Of a stretch of DNA of 64,000 bases, positions 38,675-50,843 are shown in pieces. The DNA is from an uncultured Clostridia bacterium (GTDB lineage: Bacteria; Bacillota; Clostridia; TANB77; CAG-508). The notes beneath the pieces are model-generated. The model saw only the letters and a list, made by a program, of their open reading frames with translations. It was not told the DNA's origin and did not search any database. The number at the start of each line of letters is the position of its first letter. Within the stretch, counting starts at the first letter, position 1. Made by a program: the position numbers and the translations under genes. The DNA lies in the NCBI GenBank assembly GCA_948852945.1, contig CAQPBJ010000008.1, positions 7,470-71,469 on the forward strand, in the 5' to 3' direction.

Positions 38675-38711
38675 TAATATAAAAAAACTCCTAGGTTTAC
38701 CTAAGAGTTTT
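38675..38711 (-). terminator. Rho-independent terminator of rnpB
   Basis: aaaactcctagg (38684-38695) pairs with cctaagagtttt (38700-38711), with a T-run on the minus strand. Confidence 0.65.
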
Positions 38712-38717
38712 CATATT

Positions 38718-39080
38718 ACAAAGTAAGTCTATAAGCCGGGTTCTGTCTTGAATAGCCATTTATCTAGAATATATATTGCTATATATTTCAAGCCACCTAC
38801 TATATATAAAAGAAACGAGCAGTTTTTAATCTTTTACTTAAACTAGTGGTGTTGCTCCAGGTGGGGTTTACACGAACAAGGAATGTCACCATTCCTCCGG
38901 TGAGCTCTTACCTCCCCTTTTCAACCTTACCAATAATATTGGCGGTAATTTTCTGTTGCACTTTCCTTAAGGTTTCCCTCACTAGACGTTATCTAGCACC
39001 ATTGCTCTATGGAGCCCGGACTTTCCTCTCATGGAACCTTACGGTTATCATCAGCGACTATTCGGCTTACTCTTTATCTA
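38718..39080 (-). ncRNA. rnpB: RNase P RNA (bacterial type B)
   Basis: The minus strand reads GAGGAAAGTCCGGGCTCC (39028-39011) near the 5' end and ACAGAACCCGGCTTAT (38746-38731) near the 3' end. The P1 arms are complementary. Ends are approximate. Confidence 0.9.
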
Positions 39081-39111
39081 TTTTAATTTGATTTATTAAT
39101 TTTGTCAAATT

Positions 39112-39348
39112 TTAAAAAACTTTATATTCAAAATTACTCATAAAATCAAACATATCTCTAACACCTTTTAAAGTCATTATCTCATTTTTTTGCAGTGGTG
39201 ATTTTTGAAGTTCAGTTATTAATTCTTTTTTATAGCAATTCTTTTGCATTTTATAAATCAAATACCTAACTTCCATATAATCAAAATATATTTGATAACC
39301 ATCATTCATATCTTTCCAAAATTGCTGAAAACTATATTCTTTATCCAT
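39112..39348 (-). CDS. hypothetical small protein (78 aa)
   Basis: ORF only. No motif recognised. Confidence 0.45.
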   Translation of the reverse strand: MDKEYSFQQFWKDMNDGYQIYFDYMEVRYLIYKMQKNCYKKELITELQKSPLQKNEIMTLKGVRDMFDFMSNFEYKVF

Positions 39349-39392
39349 TTTATCTCCTATTTATATTTTTCCTGTCATCAGGCTATAAAAAC

Positions 39393-39496
39393 AAACAAGT
39401 ATTGCTAGGCACAAAGATAATTAATATTACGAGGCGTACTCTTGTACGTCGCAGTAATTTAATTATCTTTGTAACAACGCAAGACGCCGTTTATTT

Positions 39497-39498
<2 letters not shown>
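39393..39498 (-). repeat. 106-nt hairpin repeat, copy 1 (3' of ligA)
   Basis: 98 of 106 positions match 41661-41766. The long stem is caaagataattaa.attac / gtaatttaattatctttg. Confidence 0.8.
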
Positions 39499-41524
<2,026 letters not shown>

Positions 41525-41660
41525 TCATAATAATTTTTAAAATTTATTTTAATCTAATTAATCTTAGCACTTTATAAAAGTAAAAAGAAAAAACTAACAC
41601 AAAATTAAAAGAAGTAAATTAACTTTTCTTAACTTACTTTCTCTATCAAAAAAGGAAAAG

Positions 41661-41766
41661 AAACAAGTATTGCTAGGCGCAAAGATAATTAATATTACGA
41701 GGTGTACAATTGTACTCCGCAGTAATTTAATTATCTTTGCAACAACGCAAGACGCAGTTTATTTTT
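41661..41766 (-). repeat. 106-nt hairpin repeat, copy 2 (3' of pgsA)
   Basis: See copy 1. The pgsA stop codon (41759-41761) lies inside the repeat. Confidence 0.8.
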
Positions 41767-42367
41767 CTTTTGTGCCGTCAGAAAGTACACTGCGTCCTTT
41801 CCAAATATAATCAACCCCTGAAAAAATAGTAGCCACCGTAGAAACAAGCATCATAACAGAAGTAACAATATTTATAACCAAATGAACTCCACTCAATCCA
41901 CCATTTACAAAGCTAAAGAAAGCACCAATATCAATAAAAGCAAATATAAGAGCAATCATTTGAGTAACAGTTTTTAATTTTCCCCATATTGACGCTGCTA
42001 TTACCACTCCACCTTTTTCTACTGCAATTAATCTAAAACCAGAAACAATAAATTCTCTAGCAAGCACTATAATTGGAATCCAAGCTGGCAATTTTCCAAT
42101 TTCGACTAATATAACCATAGCTGCTAATACTAAAATTTTATCTGCTAATGGGTCTAAAAATTTTCCAAATGTAGTAACTTGATTTCTTGATCTTGCTATA
42201 TATCCATCTAATTTATCTGTAATAGAAGCAATTATAAAAATTGCTTCCATTATAATCATTGACATTGCTACCCCATATACATCTCCCTTTAACGGAATAT
42301 ATGCAAAAGCAACCATAACTGGTACTAATATAATTCTAAATATTGTTAGTTTATTGGCTAAATTCAT
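41759..42367 (-). CDS. pgsA: CDP-diacylglycerol--glycerol-3-phosphate 3-phosphatidyltransferase
   Basis: DGYIAR...GKFLDPLADK motif. Confidence 0.9.
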   Translation of the reverse strand: MNLANKLTIFRIILVPVMVAFAYIPLKGDVYGVAMSMIIMEAIFIIASITDKLDGYIARSRNQVTTFGKFLDPLADKILVLAAMVILVEIGKLPAWIPIIVLAREFIVSGFRLIAVEKGGVVIAASIWGKLKTVTQMIALIFAFIDIGAFFSFVNGGLSGVHLVINIVTSVMMLVSTVATIFSGVDYIWKGRSVLSDGTKEK

Positions 42368-42370
42368 CTT

Positions 42371-45142
42371 TTATTCCCCACTTCCAAATAAATTTTCTAA
42401 AATACTATTATCTTTATTTTGTTTCTTATTCTCTTTATCTACTTTTTCCAATTGATCTATTAACTCTTGTAAATTTTCTAAGTCAGCACCAATTAATTCC
42501 CAATTCTTTGCATCTACTGAATCTTTTAAATTTTGATTTGCTTTTATTATTGCTTTTATAAGTTGCTCTTTATCTTCACGATTTACAAATTCAATCTTTC
42601 CTGCAGAATCTGTAACAAGAGTAGTCAAAGCTTCTGCTAAGTCATCACCTATTGCTACTTTAGTTCCTGATGCTACAATTACTTTCTTTAATGTTGGTAC
42701 TCTTGTTTTTTCATTTAATATTACTTGATATACTGGTTCAATATATAAAATACTATTTTCTATTGGAACTATATATGTCTTTCTTACTATTTCTGTACCT
42801 GATGTAGATAATTTCTCTAATTCAGAAGAAATTACTTTATCTTGTTCTATCTGAACATTTAATTGACCTATATCTGGTAATGTAGTATCTGATATTAGTT
42901 TATAGATCGTAAGTTTATTTATACCATTTGAATATGTTCCTACTAAATATGAATTTAGACTTTGTTTATTAGATTTTGTATATGGTAATACTAATCCTAA
43001 TTCTTCTTTATTAGAATCTGGTGTTTTTAAAATAGTATAATATGGTTCAACTGGTATTCTATTTTTTTCTTCTCCACCAATTTGTGTATCAGTTTCCCAA
43101 ACATCGTCACCTCTATAAAGAATTTCTGTGCTTACATTATGATATCTTTCTAACATTTTAGCTTGAACACTATATAAGAATTCTGGATATACTATATTTT
43201 TTTGAATATCTGCTGGTATTTGCTCTTCTTTTCCGGCAAAAATTTCTGGATACATTTTATAATAAAGTTTTGCTATTGGATCTGAATAGTCTGTTATATA
43301 GAATTTTGTTGTTCCATCATAAGCATCTACAATTACCTTTATAGAATTTCTTATATAATTTATCTCTTTATTTTTTCCTTCAACTGATATTGTTGTTTTT
43401 TGTGAAAATGGATAACTATTTGAAGTAGTATATGCATCTAAAACCCATTTTAATTCGCCACTATCTGTAATTACCATATATGGAGATTCATCATATATTA
43501 AATATGGTAATAATACTTTCGCTCTTTCGCGTATATTTCTATTTAATAAAATTTTACTAGATGATGTTACATTAGGATTATATACAAGCTTATAATTTTG
43601 ATTTGCTAAAGCTAAAACTATTCTATCAAACAAGTTTGCATTAATTCCTCCATCTCCTTGATACTCATTTGTTTCATATAAAGTTGTAGATATTGGATAA
43701 TCGAACTCATTTTTTCCATTAACATTAGTTACTGCAATATCATTTGTTGCCATACCGTAATAGATACGTGGTTCTTCAACTTTTATTTTATTTTCTTCAT
43801 CTTTATATTTAGATTGAACATATGCTATTCCATCAGTAGTTTTATCAGTTATTGTAGATTCACTAATTACTACCCCATATCCATGAGTATACTGATATGT
43901 CTTGTTGTTATATGTTCTATTGGCCCCTGAAATTATCTCTCTTGGAGTAATATATAAAGACCTTGTTTTTCCATTTACAGTATATCTTCCAAGTTGTGTT
44001 GATTGGTATGTATAATAGCCTTCATTATCTTTATATTCTGCTAAATTTGCTAGTGTTGTTTCTTCGTCAATTATAGTTAATTGTCTTAATAAATCTGCAT
44101 TATTTTTTATTGTTTCATCTGATAAATTAGAAGTATTGTCCACTTCTTTTTCATCAATCCTTATTCCATATGCCTGTCTTGTACTTCTTATATTCTCTTC
44201 AATATATGCCTTTTGCTTATCTAACTCATTTCTCTCTGCATAAACATATTGAAAAACTGTCATAACTACAAATAATGCAACTAAATATATTGGCGTTATA
44301 AACATTGAAGTAATAATTTTTTTCACTTTTAAATTTTTAAGATGTTTTATTACTCTAAATAATGAGAATAATATAACCACTCCAAGTAATCTATAACCAA
44401 TTACTTTTATCTTTATCTCTGTAATTCCTGCTCCAACTAGTTCAGTTTTATTTTCATCTTTTAATGTTAATAAATTTCCCGTAACAATCTCTTGTGAACT
44501 TAACACCATTAATCCAGCTACTAAAGTTGCTATTATAAATAAATTCATAAAAACTTGTTTTAGAAATTTATTTTTTCTTAAGGTTTCAGCATCTACACCA
44601 TTTAAGCAAACATTAATTGTAATTATATAATATGCACATATATAAATTGTAAGTATTACAAAAAATACTAATAAAAATACTAGTAATGTTTTTATAAATG
44701 GTATTTGAAATACATAAAATGAAACATCTAGCCCAAAAACAGGATCAGTTATTCCAAATTGAGCAACATTCGTAAAAAATAAAAATTTCTCTGTAAATAT
44801 ACCTTTACATAAAAAAGCTATTATAAAACTAACAATAAAAGAAATTGATTTGTTAGGTAATTTAGGCATCGGTTTCTCATCTTTTTCAAATAATTCTTTT
44901 AATGATTTTCTTAATAAAACATTAGACACATATATAATTACATAAGATATCAGAAAACTAACTCCTAACACTAAAAATTGTGTTTTAAGATTTTTATAAA
45001 ATATTGAAACATATTGTTCTCCAATTTCTTTATAATTTAAGTATGCACTTCTAGTAGCAACTATCATTATTAATGCGTATATTATTAAGAAAAAAATTAC
45101 TACTAATCTTCTAGTTACTATCTTTTTTACTTTTTCTTTCAT
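42371..45142 (-). CDS. UPF0182 family large membrane protein
   Basis: 923 aa with about seven N-terminal TM helices followed by a large soluble region. The NIRSTRQAYGI-type motif is recalled from this family. Confidence 0.7.
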   Translation of the reverse strand: MKEKVKKIVTRRLVVIFFLIIYALIMIVATRSAYLNYKEIGEQYVSIFYKNLKTQFLVLGVSFLISYVIIYVSNVLLRKSLKELFEKDEKPMPKLPNKSISFIVSFIIAFLCKGIFTEKFLFFTNVAQFGITDPVFGLDVSFYVFQIPFIKTLLVFLLVFFVILTIYICAYYIITINVCLNGVDAETLRKNKFLKQVFMNLFIIATLVAGLMVLSSQEIVTGNLLTLKDENKTELVGAGITEIKIKVIGYRLLGVVILFSLFRVIKHLKNLKVKKIITSMFITPIYLVALFVVMTVFQYVYAERNELDKQKAYIEENIRSTRQAYGIRIDEKEVDNTSNLSDETIKNNADLLRQLTIIDEETTLANLAEYKDNEGYYTYQSTQLGRYTVNGKTRSLYITPREIISGANRTYNNKTYQYTHGYGVVISESTITDKTTDGIAYVQSKYKDEENKIKVEEPRIYYGMATNDIAVTNVNGKNEFDYPISTTLYETNEYQGDGGINANLFDRIVLALANQNYKLVYNPNVTSSSKILLNRNIRERAKVLLPYLIYDESPYMVITDSGELKWVLDAYTTSNSYPFSQKTTISVEGKNKEINYIRNSIKVIVDAYDGTTKFYITDYSDPIAKLYYKMYPEIFAGKEEQIPADIQKNIVYPEFLYSVQAKMLERYHNVSTEILYRGDDVWETDTQIGGEEKNRIPVEPYYTILKTPDSNKEELGLVLPYTKSNKQSLNSYLVGTYSNGINKLTIYKLISDTTLPDIGQLNVQIEQDKVISSELEKLSTSGTEIVRKTYIVPIENSILYIEPVYQVILNEKTRVPTLKKVIVASGTKVAIGDDLAEALTTLVTDSAGKIEFVNREDKEQLIKAIIKANQNLKDSVDAKNWELIGADLENLQELIDQLEKVDKENKKQNKDNSILENLFGSGE

Positions 45143-45166
45143 TTTATCTTTCCTTCCAAAATAAAA

Positions 45167-46072
45167 CTAAATTATAGCATCTATAAAGTCATTACTATTA
45201 AATACTTCCATATCATCAATTTGTTCACCTATACCAATGTATTTAACTGGTATATTATTTTCTGCAACAATGCCAACAACTACTCCACCTTTAGCAGTAC
45301 CATCTAATTTAGTAAGCACTATTCCAGTGATATCTGTAGTTTCTTTAAAAGCTTTTACTTGCATAATAGCATTTTGTCCTGTAGTTCCATCTAAAACAAG
45401 TAATACTTCTTTTGAAGCCTCTGGTAATTCTTTATTTATAACTTTATTTATTTTTCCTAATTCATCCATTAAATTCTTTTTATTATGAAGTCTTCCTGCT
45501 GTATCACAAATTAATACATCTGCATTTTGTTCTTTTGCAACTTGTATTGCATCAAATACAACTGAAGCAGGATCTGAGCCTTCTGGCTTTTTAACTAACT
45601 CGCAATTAGCTCTGTTGGCCCATATTTCAATTTGCTCTACAGCTGCTGCTCTAAAAGTATCTGCAGCTGCTATAATTACTTTTTTTCCTGATTTTCTTAA
45701 ATTATTTGCAATTTTTCCTATAGAAGTTGTTTTTCCAACACCATTAACACCAACTACTAATATAACTGATGGTGTAGTTTCTAGTTGTAATTTAGGTTCT
45801 GCAATATCTAATAATTTTACCATTTCTTCTTTTAATGCTTTTTTAACATTTTCTTCATCTTGTATATTTTCTTTTTTTATTCTTACTCTTAATTCATTTA
45901 TAATTTTAGTAGAAGTTTCAATTCCTATATCAGACATAATTAAAGCTTCTTCTAATTCTTCTAAAAGTTCTTCATCTACTTTTCTAAAATTTGCAAATAC
46001 ATCATTTATTTTTTCATTTATAGTTTGCTTTGTTTTTCCAAGCCCATTTTTCAATTTATCAAAAAAGCCCAT
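45167..46072 (-). CDS. ftsY: signal recognition particle receptor
   Basis: Motifs GVNGVGKTT, DTAGR and TKLDGTAKGG. The ATG at 46072 follows GGAGG. Confidence 0.92.
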   Translation of the reverse strand: MGFFDKLKNGLGKTKQTINEKINDVFANFRKVDEELLEELEEALIMSDIGIETSTKIINELRVRIKKENIQDEENVKKALKEEMVKLLDIAEPKLQLETTPSVILVVGVNGVGKTTSIGKIANNLRKSGKKVIIAAADTFRAAAVEQIEIWANRANCELVKKPEGSDPASVVFDAIQVAKEQNADVLICDTAGRLHNKKNLMDELGKINKVINKELPEASKEVLLVLDGTTGQNAIMQVKAFKETTDITGIVLTKLDGTAKGGVVVGIVAENNIPVKYIGIGEQIDDMEVFNSNDFIDAII

Positions 46073-46286
46073 AACTTCCTCCAAATTTATATTTTACGAA
46101 CTATAATATTCTTAAGTTTTTACGAACAATAGTATATCATATTTTTCACATAATGTATATTTTTTTATGCAATTTCAATGTAAAAAAATAGTGCTAAAAC
46201 AAACTTAGTTTTAGCACTACAAATTTATTGCAAATTTTATTAATTGTGATATAATTTTTTAAGTCATAATGAATTCATACCATTCA

Positions 46287-46362
46287 TTGCGACTGTAAAG
46301 TACTCTAATATATATAATCATTAATCTAAAAGAATTTACGCCATTATAGCTCAGTTGGTAGA
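46287..46362 (+). repeat. duplicated copy of the tRNA-Thr upstream region plus the first 23 nt of the tRNA
   Basis: 46287-46362 is nearly identical to 46424-46499, offset by 137 bp. It ends inside the D-arm (gccattatagctcagttggtaga). Confidence 0.8.
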
Positions 46363-46476
46363 TGCTGGAGTTGTTCGAACGAAGTGAGTTACAAATCCAG
46401 TATGCGAAACGCAGTGTAGCTGCTTGCGACTGTAAAGTACTCTAATGTATATAATCATTAATCTAAAAGAAACCAC

Positions 46477-46552
46477 GCCATTATAGCTCAGTTGGTAGAG
46501 CAACAGATTCGTAACCTGTAGGCCGGCAGTTCAATTCTGCCTAATGGCTCCA
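46477..46552 (+). tRNA. tRNA-Thr (anticodon CGT), encoded CCA
   Basis: Acceptor gccatta pairs with taatggc. D-arm is gctc agttggta gagc. The anticodon loop is ttcgtaa and the T-arm is ggcag ttcaatt ctgcc. Confidence 0.88.
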
Positions 46553-46589
46553 AAAAAAAATCATCACTAATACTTAGTGATGATTTTTT
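46553..46589. terminator. bidirectional terminator between tRNA-Thr and the CAP-domain gene
   Basis: aaaatcatcactaa pairs with ttagtgatgatttt, flanked by an A-run and a T-run. Confidence 0.7.
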
Positions 46590-46592
46590 CTA

Positions 46593-48689
46593 TTAATGTC
46601 TACCATGCATTTTATTAATTTTTTTCAAAGTACGTGCTTTTCTCATTTTAGAAATTTGTCCAGCTACTGAACCTGCAGCCTTCGCTTTTGTAATCTCTAT
46701 AGCACCTAATGATACAACAGTTGTTACTCCAACCCCAGCTGTTACTACTGCTGCTGTGTTACCTTTACTTTCTTCAGTTGCAACACCTTGATTTTTTTTC
46801 ACATTATTAATTTCTTCAATACCTGATTTTACATTTCTATCATTTGCAACATCTTCAACAACAGGAGTTTCAGGTTCTTTTTCTTCTAATAATGGTAAAA
46901 TAGCAGTTCCTTGTTTAACTACTTTTTCACAATCTTTACAATATAAGTCTCCTGTATATCCACCTATTTCTCCATTTACTTCTGTTGCATTTCTTAATTC
47001 TACATTAAGATGATATTCTTTATCAATTTCTCCATATTCTTCATTACAAACTTCGCATTTTGCTTTGCTTGAACATGTTGCTTTACCACCTTTATGACCC
47101 AAAGCAGGAATTACTCTTCCTAATTCCACTATTCCTTTACATTCTTTACAATATTTAATTCCTGTAAATCCTTTAACTGTACATGTTGGTGCTATATAGT
47201 CTTTTACATCTGTATCACCAGTATGAACAGAGCTTACTTCTCCATAACTTACATTACAAACTTCGCATTTTGCTTTGCTTGAACATGTTGCTGGAGTACC
47301 TCTATGTTCTTCTTTTACAGTATAACCGCAAACTGTACATCTTTTTATATGGTATAATTCATCTGTTTCATATTCTTCAGTATATTGATGTACATCTTCG
47401 ATACAATTTCCACAATCTAAACATTTTTTAGAATGATGTTCACCATCTGTTTCAAATTCTTCTGCATATCTATGTGGAAGTAATGCTATTTCATTTCCAT
47501 TTTCAACTAAAGCTTCGCAATGTGTACAATATATATCACCAGTATATCCACTTTCTGTACATGTTGCATTCTTTGAATTTCTTACTTCTGTATTAGTATG
47601 AGGGCAATAAATTTCAAAGTTTATTGTATTTTTTCCTATATATTCCCCTTTACCAGTTATAGTAATTGTGGCTGTACCAACTTCAACATTATTTTCATAA
47701 CTAACATCATATTGATCTGGTGAAACAGTTTTTCCTCTTGCTGATACTACTGTTACATCAGGCTTCTTTTCTGTTCCATCATAAGCACATCTACTTTCAC
47801 TTAATGTAATAACAGATCCTTCTACTGTTTTCTCTAATACCTTTATAGGTATTAAAATAACCTCATTACCTACAATTGCTTTTAAATTTGTTGTTCCTAC
47901 CATTAAAGGTACAATTTTATTTCCTACAATTTTAGCAACTCTTCTATTTTCTATGCTCCAACTATATGGAATTATGACATTTTTATTTCCACCAAATCCA
48001 TTTTGAACTAATATTGTAGTTTCTAATGTTGGTAGCTCTGCTTCTTCTCCAATTTCTAGGTCAAATTCAGATTTTGATACAGTATTTTTCATACTAGTTA
48101 TTTTACTAGAATCAACAAATACATTTCTGTTATCATATCTGTCTAATGGATTTGTTACACATCTATCAGTTGATACTCCAAACTCTTGTACCCAGTAATC
48201 TACACCATTATAAGTAACATGTGCTATACCTACTGAAATATATCTTCCATTAAGCATATTTTTTCTAGTTACATTATTTAAATATTCTTCAGCTGTTCCT
48301 TTCCACTCATTAAAAGCTCCTTCTGAATTCTTACCATAACCTACAAGTATATTCTCACAGTAACTTCTTACTCCATGATAAGTAACAGAATTATACCATT
48401 GACCATTTGGTCTTGTATGAGAATATGAAATAGCTATTTCAGCAGCTCTTTGCATAGCTATTTGTTCCAAATCATAACTATAAACAAGTGATCTTATATT
48501 TTCTTCTGTTCTTAAATTATTTATCATCTTTAGCATGTTTCTCGCATCTGATTGCCCATATTTTACACTTACAGTAACTTGATATTCTCTGTTATTTATT
48601 GCATATGTAGAACTAATAAATAGATTTAATAACATCATACTTAATATTACTATAAGTATCATAAGGCTAACTATTTTTTGTCTGTTCAC
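46593..48689 (-). CDS. surface protein with a CAP/SCP domain, a Big_2-like domain, Cys/His-rich repeat modules and a C-terminal hydrophobic segment
   Basis: Signal peptide. A CAP-like region (YSHTRPNG...ENILVGYG). A Big_2-like region SWSIENRRVAKIVGNKIVPLMVGTTNL. Repeated TC-..GYTGD.YC..C.......IP.LGH and ATCSSKAKCEVCN modules. Confidence 0.7.
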   Translation of the reverse strand: MNRQKIVSLMILIVILSMMLLNLFISSTYAINNREYQVTVSVKYGQSDARNMLKMINNLRTEENIRSLVYSYDLEQIAMQRAAEIAISYSHTRPNGQWYNSVTYHGVRSYCENILVGYGKNSEGAFNEWKGTAEEYLNNVTRKNMLNGRYISVGIAHVTYNGVDYWVQEFGVSTDRCVTNPLDRYDNRNVFVDSSKITSMKNTVSKSEFDLEIGEEAELPTLETTILVQNGFGGNKNVIIPYSWSIENRRVAKIVGNKIVPLMVGTTNLKAIVGNEVILIPIKVLEKTVEGSVITLSESRCAYDGTEKKPDVTVVSARGKTVSPDQYDVSYENNVEVGTATITITGKGEYIGKNTINFEIYCPHTNTEVRNSKNATCTESGYTGDIYCTHCEALVENGNEIALLPHRYAEEFETDGEHHSKKCLDCGNCIEDVHQYTEEYETDELYHIKRCTVCGYTVKEEHRGTPATCSSKAKCEVCNVSYGEVSSVHTGDTDVKDYIAPTCTVKGFTGIKYCKECKGIVELGRVIPALGHKGGKATCSSKAKCEVCNEEYGEIDKEYHLNVELRNATEVNGEIGGYTGDLYCKDCEKVVKQGTAILPLLEEKEPETPVVEDVANDRNVKSGIEEINNVKKNQGVATEESKGNTAAVVTAGVGVTTVVSLGAIEITKAKAAGSVAGQISKMRKARTLKKINKMHGRH

Positions 48690-49015
48690 TCTTTCTCCTC
48701 CTTTAACTTTTTATGTTACCTATGCAGTTTACTTTTTTACTTGACGTTTGTTGTACTTTTTGTGTGAAAACATTATATATGCGTAACTTTCAATTGTCAA
48801 TAAAAATATTATTTTTTATTTAATTATGTTACTACATTATTTTAGTGCACATTATTTTCATAACATAAACACTATACCTTATTTTGAAGTAATTCATCAA
48901 ACGCTTATAAATGCAGGTTTTCATCTTTCACAAAAATATTATAAAAAAAATTAGTTATCAAAATGAATATAATCTAATTTAATTCACTTCAATAACTAAT
49001 TTTTTTATTTTATAA

Positions 49016-49477
49016 TTATTTATTCTTAAATATAGACAAAATCTTATTAAATATCTTTTTAAAAATATTTTCTTTGTATTCAACTAAAGCTAAATTTTCT
49101 TGTGTCTGAACCTGTTCCTGTTTATTTTCTTCATTCTCCATTTTAGGAAAAAGATTATCTGGATTATACTTTTCTCTTTTGGCTTCCTCAATTTCATTTA
49201 GTTTTGTTTGCTCAAAATTCAAAATTTTCTCTTTTTGTTTTTGTGTAGCTAAGTAATCTCTAAAAATAATAGCCAAAATAGTTTGTGCCTTTACTGATAT
49301 TTTCCAATCTGCTAATGGTCTACTTAAATCTACATTGTACATGTACTCAGTATCCATATTTTTTTCTAAAGTAAGTATAAGTTCTTCTGGAATTTTTCGA
49401 TAGTCTTTATCAGATAAACTATTTAAAATATTTACAACTTCAGTATATGCTTTTTTAGTTTCAATATTAATACTCAT
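49016..49477 (-). CDS. hypothetical small protein, paralog of 20718..21164
   Basis: Shared N-terminal domain, an EKYNPDNLF motif and an amphipathic basic tail IFKKIFNKILSIFKNK. Overlaps the upstream gene by 11 nt. Confidence 0.6.
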   Translation of the reverse strand: MSINIETKKAYTEVVNILNSLSDKDYRKIPEELILTLEKNMDTEYMYNVDLSRPLADWKISVKAQTILAIIFRDYLATQKQKEKILNFEQTKLNEIEEAKREKYNPDNLFPKMENEENKQEQVQTQENLALVEYKENIFKKIFNKILSIFKNK

Positions 49478-50807
49478 TATCTACTCCTATATCTTTTTCA
49501 TTCTTTTGTAATCCGCTGAGCTCTGCTTCTGCTTGTTTTTTTCCTAAAATATCTTCTTGCATAGGTAATGTAAATTTTCCAATTCTTACAGCTAAATTCT
49601 GTCTCTCATATTCCTTCATATTCTCAAAAACTTTTGTAGCTTCTGGATCCAATTTAGCATTTCTTCTTCCTTGTAAATTAGCTAATTCTATAAAATTTTC
49701 TTTTCCAACAATATCATATAAACCTTCCATTCCTTCACATCTTGCATCTAATATTGCTGATTCGTATCTATCAAAAAATTTATAGTTTGTATCAAAATTA
49801 CTAATATCATAGTCACTAGTATTATATATATCATATCCTAAATTTCTCAAAGCTGGATATATTCGACTATTTAAAATAACTTGATGCATACATTCTGACT
49901 CGAAATTTACATTTTCATTTTCTATACTATATTCATTAAATCCGGTTCTAAATTCTTTTTTACCTGTATTTTCATTAGTTTTCTCAGTTCTTTCTAATGT
50001 ATGCAATATTTCATGTGCTAATTTTCCTAATGTTTGAGCCTTATCTGATTTTAATGAAAGAAATATATGATCTCTATATTTATCATTACTTTCTCTGTCT
50101 TTTAATGATGTTACAAATGCACCTGGTATTGACATTTCTAAAGGTAAATCTAATTCATCTACTTCTTGAGCATCTACATCTGTTAACTCTTCCATCATAT
50201 TTTCATATGATGAACCAATGACTCCAACATTTCTTCTAGTTTCTAAATCAATTTTATTACCTTCGCTATGATATCTTTTAGCTATATCAGGTAATTCATT
50301 TTCATATTTTTTGGCAGAATACATATCTTCTAACTTATATCTATCTGCTATGCTTTCTAAAACATCATTTTTTTGACCTTCGAATGTCCTCTGCCAAGCA
50401 AAATCTAATAAATTAAAACTACCATTAAATTCATAATCCTGCATTTCTTTTTCCAGTTCTAAAGCCTCTTCTGGTGAAAGTTCTGATTTTATTTCTTCTA
50501 ATACTTGACGCTGAAGTTGTATCCTTTTTTCTTTTCCTTCTTGCTCAACTTCTTTTTTTCTAGTTTCATACTCTTGAAAAGCTTCTTCAAACAAAGGATC
50601 ATTTAATTCATCTGCCAATCCTTGTTCTTCTAAAAATTTTTTCAACTCTTCTAATGTAAATTTAGAATGAATATCAATTTTACTCATATTTGCTTCAAAC
50701 TGTGCTCTACGTTTTTCTCCATAAACTTGAACACATACATCTAGTAAATCTTGTTTGAACTTTTCATCTATAACATTTTTATATTTATCATATAATTCTT
50801 TTTTCAT
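49467..50807 (-). CDS. hypothetical protein with an HExxH motif (possible metallopeptidase)
   Basis: KLAHEILHTLE is the only recognisable motif. The protein is acidic and coiled at the N-terminus. Confidence 0.5.
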   Translation of the reverse strand: MKKELYDKYKNVIDEKFKQDLLDVCVQVYGEKRRAQFEANMSKIDIHSKFTLEELKKFLEEQGLADELNDPLFEEAFQEYETRKKEVEQEGKEKRIQLQRQVLEEIKSELSPEEALELEKEMQDYEFNGSFNLLDFAWQRTFEGQKNDVLESIADRYKLEDMYSAKKYENELPDIAKRYHSEGNKIDLETRRNVGVIGSSYENMMEELTDVDAQEVDELDLPLEMSIPGAFVTSLKDRESNDKYRDHIFLSLKSDKAQTLGKLAHEILHTLERTEKTNENTGKKEFRTGFNEYSIENENVNFESECMHQVILNSRIYPALRNLGYDIYNTSDYDISNFDTNYKFFDRYESAILDARCEGMEGLYDIVGKENFIELANLQGRRNAKLDPEATKVFENMKEYERQNLAVRIGKFTLPMQEDILGKKQAEAELSGLQKNEKDIGVDNEY

Positions 50808-50843
50808 AAATTTCTCCTCTTTTTATTTATGTAAAAAGTTCAT

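Noticed and set aside
38846-39091. An 81-aa plus-strand ORF.
   Set aside because: It lies inside the RNase P RNA gene on the opposite strand and has GC-biased composition typical of a structural RNA.
45615-46106. A 163-aa plus-strand ORF. Similar antisense ORFs occur at 58502..58957, 63481..63915, 7997..8323 and 15464..15751.
   Set aside because: All of them are embedded opposite well-supported genes (ftsY, plsC, tyrS, and the pyrophosphorylase and glycosyltransferase genes). They lack an RBS and any recognisable motif.
47042-47292. A 41-bp perfect direct repeat, considered as a possible CRISPR or other non-coding repeat.
   Set aside because: There are only two copies, they are in frame within a long ORF, and they encode the same ATCSSKAKCEVCN module. 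This is a coding domain duplication.
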